Shown piece by piece: positions 47,468-56,152 of a stretch of 64,000 bases of DNA. This DNA comes from Sedimentisphaerales bacterium (GTDB lineage Bacteria > Planctomycetota > Phycisphaerae > Sedimentisphaerales > SM23-30), in the NCBI GenBank assembly GCA_963663965.2, contig CAXXFK010000041.1, forward strand, positions 32,001 through 96,000, written 5' to 3'. The notes below the pieces were generated by a model. That model worked only from the letters and a program-made list of their open reading frames with translations. It was not told where the DNA came from and searched no databases. Each line of letters starts with the position of its first letter. Within the stretch, counting starts at the first letter, position 1. Position numbers and translations under genes: made by a program.

Positions 47468-50400
47468 TTATTGAGGATGTGGAAAATTCTGGTCAGCGAA
47501 GTCCATAAAGACTTTCCAGTCTTCCTCGCCGATATTATGACGGCCGGGACGGATATGGTAACCCATTCGATTACCGATGAGGGTATTTAAAGGGGGCATT
47601 TCGCTTTCTTGGAGTTTTGTTCCCGTGAGCAGTTGATAGACATCGCCAGCGGCTTTCAGGGACAAGAATTCGCCTTCCGGATCGGCCCAGGCATCTTCAC
47701 GGGCGCTGCAAACCAGAATGGGGCGGGGGGCGGCCAGGGCAATCAGCCAATGCTGATCGAAAGGGAGGAACTCTTCTTTATCGTTGAATTGTTTGAAGGC
47801 ACCGCAAAACCAGTGGGGAAAGCGGTCATTGATTTTTTTAACGGTTTCACCCATTTTGCGTCGATTTAAGGCAGCCCCTCCGCAGCCTGACTGGTTGGAG
47901 ATAACCAACGCAAAGCGTTCATCCAGGGCGCCGGCAAGCAGGGCGGTTTTACCGTTGCGGGAATGGCCCATGACGAAAATGCGTTCCGGATCGATTTGAT
48001 TATCGGTGATCAGATAGTCAGCCGCCCGGCTGAGCCCCCAGGCCCAGGCGGCAATTGTGGCCCACTCAAGTGGATTGGGATGAGAGAGGCGGTCAGGATT
48101 GTACATGAATTGGATGCCTTCTGTTGCATCCGCTTTATCGGGGGCAATATCGCTCTGGTAAAATGTTGCCACGGCGTAACCCCGTTCGATGATTTGCGTA
48201 TAAGGCCAGTTGGAACCGGCCGAGCCTCTGGATTGGTCGGTGGCCCGGTTGTTGACGACACCGGGTTTGCTATTTTCGATCCAGTTGGCGCTCAGTGGAA
48301 TCCCGGGATGGTCACAGGTGGTGTGATTGCCGCTGAAATTCAGACCCAGAAATACAGGGTATTTATCTTTGCCGGTATTGGGAGTGACAATCAGTAAATG
48401 CAGTGGTGGGGAGCCCTTGGGACCAAAGGTGAGTTTCATTTGTTTGATTGTAGCTTTGCCGTTCAGAAATTCTTTGTCGATCAATTCGCATTCGGCGTTA
48501 AGATTTTTTGGAGCCGGCGGGGCAAAGCCATATTCGTAATTCAGCAGGGTGTCGATCACTTCCTGACGGCGTTTTTGTGTCCATTCCTGAGCGGTTGTGA
48601 CTGGATTACCATCCTGGAATGTCAGCAGATCGGGAAGGGTGACGGATGGTTTGAGACTATGGATGTCTGTTAACTGGGAGGCGGGTGCGAATCGGATCGC
48701 CAGTCCATCGTTGGCTTTCAGATTCACCGGCAAGATGGTCTTATTGGTGACGGTGAGCTTTTCAATACGCACATGGGTGCGGGTTGGCACCTCGGGGTCA
48801 TGGCGATAGATGGTCGCGAGATAGGGTTGATTGGATGGGAGAAAGGTCAGTGGCACATCCCAGTTCCGGTCCTGATCGGCGTTCATGGCTCCGAGGTACC
48901 AGTCGTCGTTATCACGCCGGGCGATAATGGCGTATTCTCCCACGCTGCCCTGTAAAACCCGGGTATCATCCCAGACAGTAGGGATCCGGTCGTAAAATTC
49001 CAGTTCGGGTTCATTGCCGATGATATTGGCCTGTCCCCCGGCGCCGCCGGCTTTGTGGGGAGATGATTCCGGACGATCGTACCAATAGAGGAATTGCCAG
49101 GGGCTGTAAAAGCAGACCGCCTTGGCGAGTTGATAAGCATGATTCGCGTTAGTGGTCACACGGTTGTCATAATAACAGATAGTGTTGTCGCCGGCACCGG
49201 CCAGCATTCTGGTGAAAAGTATGGCCAGCGACTGTTGGCAGACGGGTTTCGTTTCATCGCCGGCGATGCCTTCCTGGGTCATTAAGTTGGGGTACGTTCT
49301 GGAATAACCGGTTGGGCGATATTCATCATGGATATCCACCATCATACGGGCGCCGGCGGCTTTTCGTACGGCTTCGTGCAGCCAACTGGTCCACTGTTGC
49401 GAACCCACATTGACAAAACCATATTTCAAACCGGCAACCCCCCATTGCTGATAGAGAGGGAGCAGGTCATCCAGTTGACGTTCGAGCGCGCGATGGTTGA
49501 CGTAAAGAATGATGCCGATATTGCGTTCCTTCGCATAACGGATCACTTCAGGCAGGTCCAGCGGGCCTTTGGAACGGGCCGGGTCCACGGTAACGGTGGC
49601 GGCATCCGATTCATTGGAGTTTTCGGGGCCGTACCAACCGGCATCGAATTCCACGAACTGAAGATTATGCTGAACCGCAAAATCCACGCAGGCTTTGCCT
49701 CCCTGGGTGGTCAGGGTGACTTCACGAATGACTTTTCCAGGTCGAATCCAGTCCGTGTCAGTCAGGGCGCAGAGTCGGTTCAAGTTTAATAACAGGTAGT
49801 TCTGTTCAAGGAGTTGTCCGGGTGATTGGGCGATCATGATTACGCGCCAGGGAGTGGTCAGGGGCAATGGCGTATGTACCTGGCTGTCGAGAACGGCGGT
49901 GAGGGTGTTGGGGTGATTGGCTGTCGGCCCCAGTTTCATACGGGCGAAGTCTACCAGTGCGGCTTCGGCCAAAGCGACCGTTAACGAATCATTGATCGGA
50001 ATTACCAAAGGACGCTCACAGCCTTTACGGATCGCACTGAGGGGCACTTTTTCATATTTGCCCTGGGCGGTGTAAGTGGCCCAGGCCTGATAATTGTCTA
50101 AGAAAGCGAATTGTGTTTTTTCATTTTTGATTTTGATTTCTTTAAGACCAGATTGAGCCGGGAACAGGTATTGAAATGCGATGCCCTCGTTATAGGCACG
50201 TACCATCAGATGGAACCGGAGGCCGTCAGCAGCGGTGGGCGCCAGTTCAATATCAAAACCATGGAATTGATTGGGGATGAGATCCCGTTCGCCACAAACA
50301 GGTGACCAGGCGTCATGGTTGACAAACTCAACGGTCTGGACGATGCGATATTGCTGATCAGGGGCCAGATCCTCGTCCAGTTCAAATCCGAGTTGCGATT

Positions 50401-50584
50401 CGGCGATGACCGTCCGGCCATGATATTCGACCTGATATACCGGGATACCCTGGCTGTTGATTTTGAAAAAGAAGGTGATGGCCTTGTCGGGTGACTGAAC
50501 CTGGACGGTTGATTGGGCATCAGCCATGCCGAATAATCCGAGACACAAAACCAGAAGAAGGATATTAATCAGTCTGGAAGGCAT
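47468..50584 (-). CDS. GH97 glycoside hydrolase fused to CE15 glucuronoyl esterase
   Basis: GH97: SPD, RAYNEGIAF, TPWRVIMI, WIRPGK, DAGWY, DIHDE, PTVWDDT; CE15: AWAWGLSR, GHSRNGK, QSGCGG, PFDQH, DAWAD. Confidence 0.88.
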   Translation of the reverse strand: MPSRLINILLLVLCLGLFGMADAQSTVQVQSPDKAITFFFKINSQGIPVYQVEYHGRTVIAESQLGFELDEDLAPDQQYRIVQTVEFVNHDAWSPVCGERDLIPNQFHGFDIELAPTAADGLRFHLMVRAYNEGIAFQYLFPAQSGLKEIKIKNEKTQFAFLDNYQAWATYTAQGKYEKVPLSAIRKGCERPLVIPINDSLTVALAEAALVDFARMKLGPTANHPNTLTAVLDSQVHTPLPLTTPWRVIMIAQSPGQLLEQNYLLLNLNRLCALTDTDWIRPGKVIREVTLTTQGGKACVDFAVQHNLQFVEFDAGWYGPENSNESDAATVTVDPARSKGPLDLPEVIRYAKERNIGIILYVNHRALERQLDDLLPLYQQWGVAGLKYGFVNVGSQQWTSWLHEAVRKAAGARMMVDIHDEYRPTGYSRTYPNLMTQEGIAGDETKPVCQQSLAILFTRMLAGAGDNTICYYDNRVTTNANHAYQLAKAVCFYSPWQFLYWYDRPESSPHKAGGAGGQANIIGNEPELEFYDRIPTVWDDTRVLQGSVGEYAIIARRDNDDWYLGAMNADQDRNWDVPLTFLPSNQPYLATIYRHDPEVPTRTHVRIEKLTVTNKTILPVNLKANDGLAIRFAPASQLTDIHSLKPSVTLPDLLTFQDGNPVTTAQEWTQKRRQEVIDTLLNYEYGFAPPAPKNLNAECELIDKEFLNGKATIKQMKLTFGPKGSPPLHLLIVTPNTGKDKYPVFLGLNFSGNHTTCDHPGIPLSANWIENSKPGVVNNRATDQSRGSAGSNWPYTQIIERGYAVATFYQSDIAPDKADATEGIQFMYNPDRLSHPNPLEWATIAAWAWGLSRAADYLITDNQIDPERIFVMGHSRNGKTALLAGALDERFALVISNQSGCGGAALNRRKMGETVKKINDRFPHWFCGAFKQFNDKEEFLPFDQHWLIALAAPRPILVCSAREDAWADPEGEFLSLKAAGDVYQLLTGTKLQESEMPPLNTLIGNRMGYHIRPGRHNIGEEDWKVFMDFADQNFPHPQ

Positions 50585-50610
50585 AGGGTTTTACTCCATA
50601 TCGAAAGACA

Positions 50611-51468
50611 TTAATTCTCAGGATCCACTTGTTTTCTTAATTCAAAAATACCGCATCCGAAATGGCATCCGAAGTTATTTGAAATGCCATCCCGGGAAAG
50701 ATCCACTTCATCGTGCAGATCGCCCCGGTCATCCACATAAGCGAATCGATCAATGGAAAATTTATTGTGGAACCAGTTTAACAGGGTTTGAATGTGAAAT
50801 ACGCGATGCGCGTTGAATTCGATTCGCTGGGGGCCGATGGGTACGGAAAAGTAGAGCAGGCCGCCGGGTTCCAGGAGTTGATACAAGTTTTCGAATCCAT
50901 CCAGATGGCCGTAGAACTGGATCGGATCGCCGTATCTACCCAGACCGAAATGCTCCAGCGCATGCAGGCATGATACGGAGTCATACCGGCCGATGAGATG
51001 GGCCGGCAAAGGGGCCGTGAAGTCGGCTTGAATGAAGGTGACGCCGGGAATGGAAGATTCCAGGGGGCGGGTATCGAGAACATCCAGTGACCGGAAACTG
51101 GCCAGATGCGCGACCAGACCATCAATGCGGGAGCCTATGTCAATATGCCGTTCGGGCTGATTGAGAAAGACACGACGGGCCACCAGTAAATCCTGGTGGA
51201 AATAATGGCCGCGGCCGGTTCCGCTGGCGGCGAAGCGGTCGCCGAGACAGGGATAGAGTCTGCTGATGGGAAACCTGGTATCCGCTTCATTATTATTTTC
51301 TATATGAGTCAGGGCTTTTGAATCCGTCTGGCGATTGGTCTGTTGCTGTTTGAATAGCTGTAAATCCCGCCAGAACGGGAGGAATCCCCGTAGAAAATGA
51401 TACCCCTTTTTCGGGTCAATCCCCAAAAGAGCCAGGGTGCTGTATATGCGTTTTAATAACCGTTTCAT
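50611..51468 (-). CDS. DUF268 family putative SAM-dependent methyltransferase
   Basis: GHYFHQDLLVA, HIDIGSRIDG, SCLHALEHFGLGRYGDP, FNAHRVF. Confidence 0.8.
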   Translation of the reverse strand: MKRLLKRIYSTLALLGIDPKKGYHFLRGFLPFWRDLQLFKQQQTNRQTDSKALTHIENNNEADTRFPISRLYPCLGDRFAASGTGRGHYFHQDLLVARRVFLNQPERHIDIGSRIDGLVAHLASFRSLDVLDTRPLESSIPGVTFIQADFTAPLPAHLIGRYDSVSCLHALEHFGLGRYGDPIQFYGHLDGFENLYQLLEPGGLLYFSVPIGPQRIEFNAHRVFHIQTLLNWFHNKFSIDRFAYVDDRGDLHDEVDLSRDGISNNFGCHFGCGIFELRKQVDPEN

Positions 51469-51656
51469 AGCCAGTTAAAACATATCTGCCAGATAAGTTT
51501 TTTTCAAGAAAAAACTGAGAGCTGAATACCGGCAGGATTATACTATAATTTCAGTGCGATTACAGGTTTATACCGGTATAGGGAACACCGATTTGGCAAG
51601 TATTGGCTTCCGGCTGACAAAAGTCCATCGCTTAATTGGTGGTGATCATGATACGA

Positions 51657-52879
51657 TCAGATCTGCTCATCGATCAACAAGTAAAGTTGATCATTTCTCC
51701 GAATCAATGGTTTACAGGGAAAGGTGACCCTGCCCTTTGTGACCGATTCGACGGTCCGGCCATTATCATCGCGTAATTCGTCGATGGTCAGATCCACGAT
51801 TCCGGTCGTGGCGCCGAAAATCTGTACTTTATCATTAACCCTAAGCGGGTGAGATGTGACATTCAGATAAGCAATCCGCCGGTTGGGGTAGTAATTCAGG
51901 ATTTTGCCGATGAACACTTTGCGGATCGAAGCCCAGGAGCCTTCACGGTCCGACCAGTCCCGGGGTCCGGGCCGTCCAAATAAAAAGCCCGTGGAAAATC
52001 CCCGATTATACACTGTTTTGAGTTCGTTCATCCAGAGATCGACTTGATCCTGGTTGAAATGGCCGGCAGAAATGGCGTCAATGGCCGCGCGATAGATGCC
52101 GGTGACAGTACGGATATATTCCGGCGGCCGGCTGCGCCCTTCGATTTTAAAGGCATCGATCCCCGCAATTACCAGTTTGTCCAGCACGGGCAAACTGCAC
52201 AGGTCTTTGGGACTCATGACATAGTCGTTGTGGAGTTCCAGTTCACTGCCGGTATCCGGATCGGTGACTCGATAGCCGTAACGGCACGGTTGATAACAGT
52301 CACCCCGATTCCCCGATTTGTTGTGTAAAAATTGTGACAGAAAGCATCGTCCGGAAACGGAGACACACATCGCCCCGTGTACAAAGGCTTCGATTTCGAT
52401 TCCGGTTTGTTGTTTGATATGTTGAATCTGGCGGAGGTCCAGTTCGCGCGCCAGTACCACCCGTTCGGCGCCCAGATTGCGATAGAATTGAACCGCCTGA
52501 CAATTGGAGATGCTGGCTTGAGTTGAAATATGAATGGGCAATTGGCGAGTTCTGGCGGCGGTTATCACCGCGGGATCCCAGCATATCACCGCATCGACAC
52601 CAGCCGTTTTAATCGCATCCAGCAGTCGCTGTAATTCATCCTGTTCGTTGTCATAGATAATGGCATTGACCGTGATATAAACTTTGACTCCCCCGGTCAT
52701 GCGCGTACCGGACAGCTTCAGGCAGTTTGTGTAATTCGATCCCCCCGTGAATTGATCCGCATATTCAGTCCGCCAACGCCGAAGTAGACGGCGTCCGCTC
52801 CGGCCTGGATGGCGGCCTGGAAGGAGATCTCATCACGAACTGGTGACATAAGTTCAGGTTTTTTAGACGGTTTATTCAT
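51657..52879 (-). CDS. U32 family protein (TrhP/RlhA-like Fe-S RNA hydroxylase); two frameshifts near the 5' end
   Basis: True start MNKPSKKPELMSP...AGADAVYFG at 52879; HISTQ, RVVLAREL, HGAMC...SGRC...NRGDCYQPCR, KIEGR; extra G in runs at 52741-52746 and ~52690-52694. Confidence 0.85.
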
Positions 52880-52885
52880 GAATGA

Positions 52886-53590
52886 TTAATATTCCGCCAT
52901 TTGCTGCCAGAGGTTGTCGTATTCATCGAGGTATTTCTGGACAATGGGGCGATGGTCGGTAATGATCAGGTTTTCCTGGTTGAAACGAGCGGCGCTATAG
53001 GTCCAGTTGTAGCTGCCGGTCAGCGCTTCGCGGTTATCGCAAATGGCAAACTTGTGATGCATATGGTTGGAGGATCGGTCGATACGAACCGGTATGCCGG
53101 CCTGATGGAGCCTTTCAATGTCGGAACCGGCATCATTGACCTTGTCATTGTCGGTCAGTATACGAATATTGATATTTGCCCGATGGGCCTGGATCAACCG
53201 GTCGCTGATGTGATTATCGCTGATAGTGAATACACAGATACGCAGTGTGTGGCGGGCTCGGCCAATGAAATTACAGATCGCACCGATACAGTCATCCTGC
53301 GGGCTGAAAAAAATATCGCAAGCCGGTTCGGGTAACTGGCTGCTGTCGGGGATCAGGGCTTTATTGGCTTTTTCCAGCCAATCCAGAATCGTATTGATGT
53401 TGTCCGGGGTGATACGCGCTCTGGCGATATTGAACAGATGGCTGCGCAACAGGGAAAGGTCCTGGTTATTGACTCCGGCATCCTGCAACATGGCGGTTAA
53501 TTCACGCCGTTCCGTCCGGGTAAAGATGTAATCATCCAGACTGCTTTTCAGTTTCGCGATAATCGGTGTGATAGAATCGGACAAAATCAA
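52886..53590 (-). CDS. Phospholipase D-family nuclease-like protein (single HKD)
   Basis: FFSP, HMHHKFAICD, TGSYNWT, NQEN. Confidence 0.85.
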   Translation of the reverse strand: MILSDSITPIIAKLKSSLDDYIFTRTERRELTAMLQDAGVNNQDLSLLRSHLFNIARARITPDNINTILDWLEKANKALIPDSSQLPEPACDIFFSPQDDCIGAICNFIGRARHTLRICVFTISDNHISDRLIQAHRANINIRILTDNDKVNDAGSDIERLHQAGIPVRIDRSSNHMHHKFAICDNREALTGSYNWTYSAARFNQENLIITDHRPIVQKYLDEYDNLWQQMAEY

Positions 53591-53646
53591 ATCTCCTAAT
53601 GCTTTACATGCGAGTAATCAGGCTAAATCTATGATAATTTCTGAAT

Positions 53647-53681
53647 AAAAAAACCGCAATGGAAAATCCATCGCGGTTTTT
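53647..53681 (-). terminator. Intrinsic terminator after hcp
   Basis: AAAAAAACCGCAATGG-AAAAT-CCATCGCGGTTTTT. Confidence 0.75.
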
Positions 53682-53707
53682 GGTTAGCTGAAATGCGTTA
53701 AATGTGA

Positions 53708-55360
53708 TCAGGAAGCCAGCATCGCTTTGAGGTCTTCCTGAGGGTCACCGATCGGGGTCAGGCCGAAATTATCTACCAGGACATTTAAAACGTTGGGTCC
53801 GATAAAGGCAGGCAGGGAGGGTCCGATACGCATATTCTTGATGCCAAGGTGAAGCAGGGTCAGGAGGATGCAAACGGCTTTTTGTTCATACCAGCTTAAT
53901 ACCAGCGATAAGGGCAGATCATTGACACCGCATTCAAAGGCCCCGGCCAGGGCAACGGCAATCTGAATTGCGGAGTAGGCATCATTACACTGGCCGATGT
54001 CCAGGAGGCGTGGAATGCCGCCGATATCACCAAACTCGAGCTTGTTGAAGCGATATTTTCCGCAGGCCAGGGTTAAAATCACACAGTCATCTGGAACGGC
54101 TTTGGCCAGATCCGTGTAGTAATTGCGGCCGGATTTGGCGCCATCACAACCGCCAATCAGGAAGAAGTGTTTGATCTGACCGGCTTTAACGGCTTCGATG
54201 ACCTTATCGGCCACGCTCATTACGGTATTATGGCCGAAACCGATGGTGATGGTTTTTTCCGGAATATCGGTAGTGAAGCCATCCTCTGCCACGGCGGCTT
54301 CAATGACAGGTGAGAAATCTTTGTCCGGGCCGATATGCTGAACGCCGGGCCAGGCGACCAGACCGGTAGTGAAGATGCGATCTTTATAACTGTCGGTGGG
54401 TTCCTGGATACAATTGGTTGTCATCAGAATCGCGCCCGGGAACGAGGCGAATTCCTTGTGCTGATCCTGCCAGGCGCCGCCGTAGTTGCCTACCAGATGG
54501 GGGTATTTTTTCAGGCCGGGATAGGCCAGGCAGGGCAGCATTTCGCCATGGGTATAAATATTAACGCCTTTGCCCTGGGTTTGCTGACAGAGCAGGTCAA
54601 GATCTTTCAGGTCGTGGCCGGATACCAGAATGGCTTTGCCACGCACGGGCGTAATCCGTACGCTGGTTGGCTCGGGGTGGCCATAGGCGCCGGTATTGGC
54701 CTGATCGAGAAGTTCCATTACGCGCAGATTTACTTCGCCCACTTTGAGCGCCAGTGCAGTCAGGGCGTTGATTTCTTTGACGGCAGGCGTCGAGAAGAAA
54801 TCGAGCGCTTCATGGAAAAAGTCCATTACCGCATCATCGGTAACACCCAGGATCAGGGCGTGGTCGTAATAGGCTGCGGTACCTTTCAAGCCATAGGTAA
54901 TCAATTCCTGTAATCCGGAGACATCCGGGCCCAGGTCTTCCAGACGGCGGGCGATACCGACAGCCGCGGCGGCGCTGGTCATGGCGTCGAGGGTTTCCGG
55001 GAATTGCCAGTTATCAATGGCGCTCAATGCTTCCGGAGTCTGGCCTTTGTCTTGTGCTGCTTTCTGATAGAGCGAACGTGCTTTATTGAGCATGTCTTTA
55101 CCAGTCAAAATGATCGATTCGATATTGTCTGAATCGAAATTGACATTGGTAACCGTGGTGAAAAGCGCTTCGATGATGTAGCGGTCGATGGCGTCGTCTC
55201 TGGCTCCCAATTGGCGGGCCCGATGCGCGTACGATGAAATGGCCTTACAGACATAAACTAACAGGTCTTGCAGATCAGACGTTTCGGCGGTTTTACCGCA
55301 TACGCCTTTAAGTGTACAGCCAGTTCCTTTGGCGGTTTGCTCGCATTGATAACATAGCAT
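53708..55360 (-). CDS. hcp: Hybrid cluster protein (hydroxylamine/NO reductase)
   Basis: MLCYQCEQT..GCT..GVCGK, SGHDLKDL, YTHGEMLP, GGCDG, LACGKYRF, GQCNDAYS, SWYEQKA. Confidence 0.98.
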   Translation of the reverse strand: MLCYQCEQTAKGTGCTLKGVCGKTAETSDLQDLLVYVCKAISSYAHRARQLGARDDAIDRYIIEALFTTVTNVNFDSDNIESIILTGKDMLNKARSLYQKAAQDKGQTPEALSAIDNWQFPETLDAMTSAAAAVGIARRLEDLGPDVSGLQELITYGLKGTAAYYDHALILGVTDDAVMDFFHEALDFFSTPAVKEINALTALALKVGEVNLRVMELLDQANTGAYGHPEPTSVRITPVRGKAILVSGHDLKDLDLLCQQTQGKGVNIYTHGEMLPCLAYPGLKKYPHLVGNYGGAWQDQHKEFASFPGAILMTTNCIQEPTDSYKDRIFTTGLVAWPGVQHIGPDKDFSPVIEAAVAEDGFTTDIPEKTITIGFGHNTVMSVADKVIEAVKAGQIKHFFLIGGCDGAKSGRNYYTDLAKAVPDDCVILTLACGKYRFNKLEFGDIGGIPRLLDIGQCNDAYSAIQIAVALAGAFECGVNDLPLSLVLSWYEQKAVCILLTLLHLGIKNMRIGPSLPAFIGPNVLNVLVDNFGLTPIGDPQEDLKAMLAS

Positions 55361-55549
55361 AGAAAAGTTCTCCTGTAAAAATGAGGATATATAGTAGATA
55401 TCGATAGTTTATTATTGAATCTTAGGGATAGACAGAATGATAAAACCACCATTAATTCAAATTAACCTAACCCGGCAGCGCCGAAGCCAAACCGGGTCAC
55501 AGCAGCCTTTGCCACCCTGATAAGATTTTTAGCCATTTGACATAAGATT

Positions 55550-55957
55550 TTACTCGTAAGAGCCTAAATGTCCTAATGTAACGCTGGTAAGATGATTGTT
55601 AATCGTCTCCTGTAATCCGGCCAGTTTGTCATGAACCGGGCATTTTCCTTTCAATGGACAGGAAAAATTGCCGAGCAGGCAATGATTGAGACGCACCGGG
55701 CCCTGAATGGTCTCGATGATTTCTTTAAAATTGATCTGGTCCGGGTGGCGTTTCAATTGATAGCCGCCCCTGGGGCCCATTTCGCTGGTGACCAGACCGG
55801 CAGCGGCCAGTTTCTGAAGTAATTTACAGGCCAACTGGTAGGGAACATGAGTTTCCTGAGCCATCTTTCTGACTGAAATAGGGCCTTGTTGGTAGTTTTT
55901 GGCTAATTCACCAATCAGGCGAAAGGTGTAGTCGGTATTTTTTCTGATGATGTCCAT
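55550..55957 (-). CDS. Rrf2 family transcriptional regulator (three Cys, Fe-S)
   Basis: TDY..R, LQKLAAAGLV.SEMGPRGGY.L, C-x6-C-x5-C. Confidence 0.92.
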   Translation of the reverse strand: MDIIRKNTDYTFRLIGELAKNYQQGPISVRKMAQETHVPYQLACKLLQKLAAAGLVTSEMGPRGGYQLKRHPDQINFKEIIETIQGPVRLNHCLLGNFSCPLKGKCPVHDKLAGLQETINNHLTSVTLGHLGSYE

Positions 55958-55972
55958 TGTGTCTCCTGATTA

Positions 55973-56007
55973 TATAAGACTATATTAGTCCTATACCAAA
56001 AAGTCAA
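55973..56007 (-). promoter_or_regulatory. Rrf2 promoter with overlapping palindromic operator
   Basis: TTGACT-17bp-TATAGT on the minus strand, overlapped by the near-palindrome TATAAGACTATATTAGTCCTATA (55973-55995). Confidence 0.75.
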
Positions 56008-56152
56008 ATTCAGGATATATTTTTTAAAAAAAATTCTGTAAGGGATTTTATCCGGAAATAGCGGTCGACGCTGACTTGCTGTAAATATTTTTATCGCAGT
56101 AGCTTATGGTTTATTTTTGTGGAAAGCAGACGACAGGATCGCACAAAGGAAA

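Noticed and set aside
52690..52746. Programmed frameshifting or phase variation in the U32 gene
   Set aside because: Runs are only 5-6 nt and similar indels occur in four unrelated genes, so sequencing error is the simpler explanation
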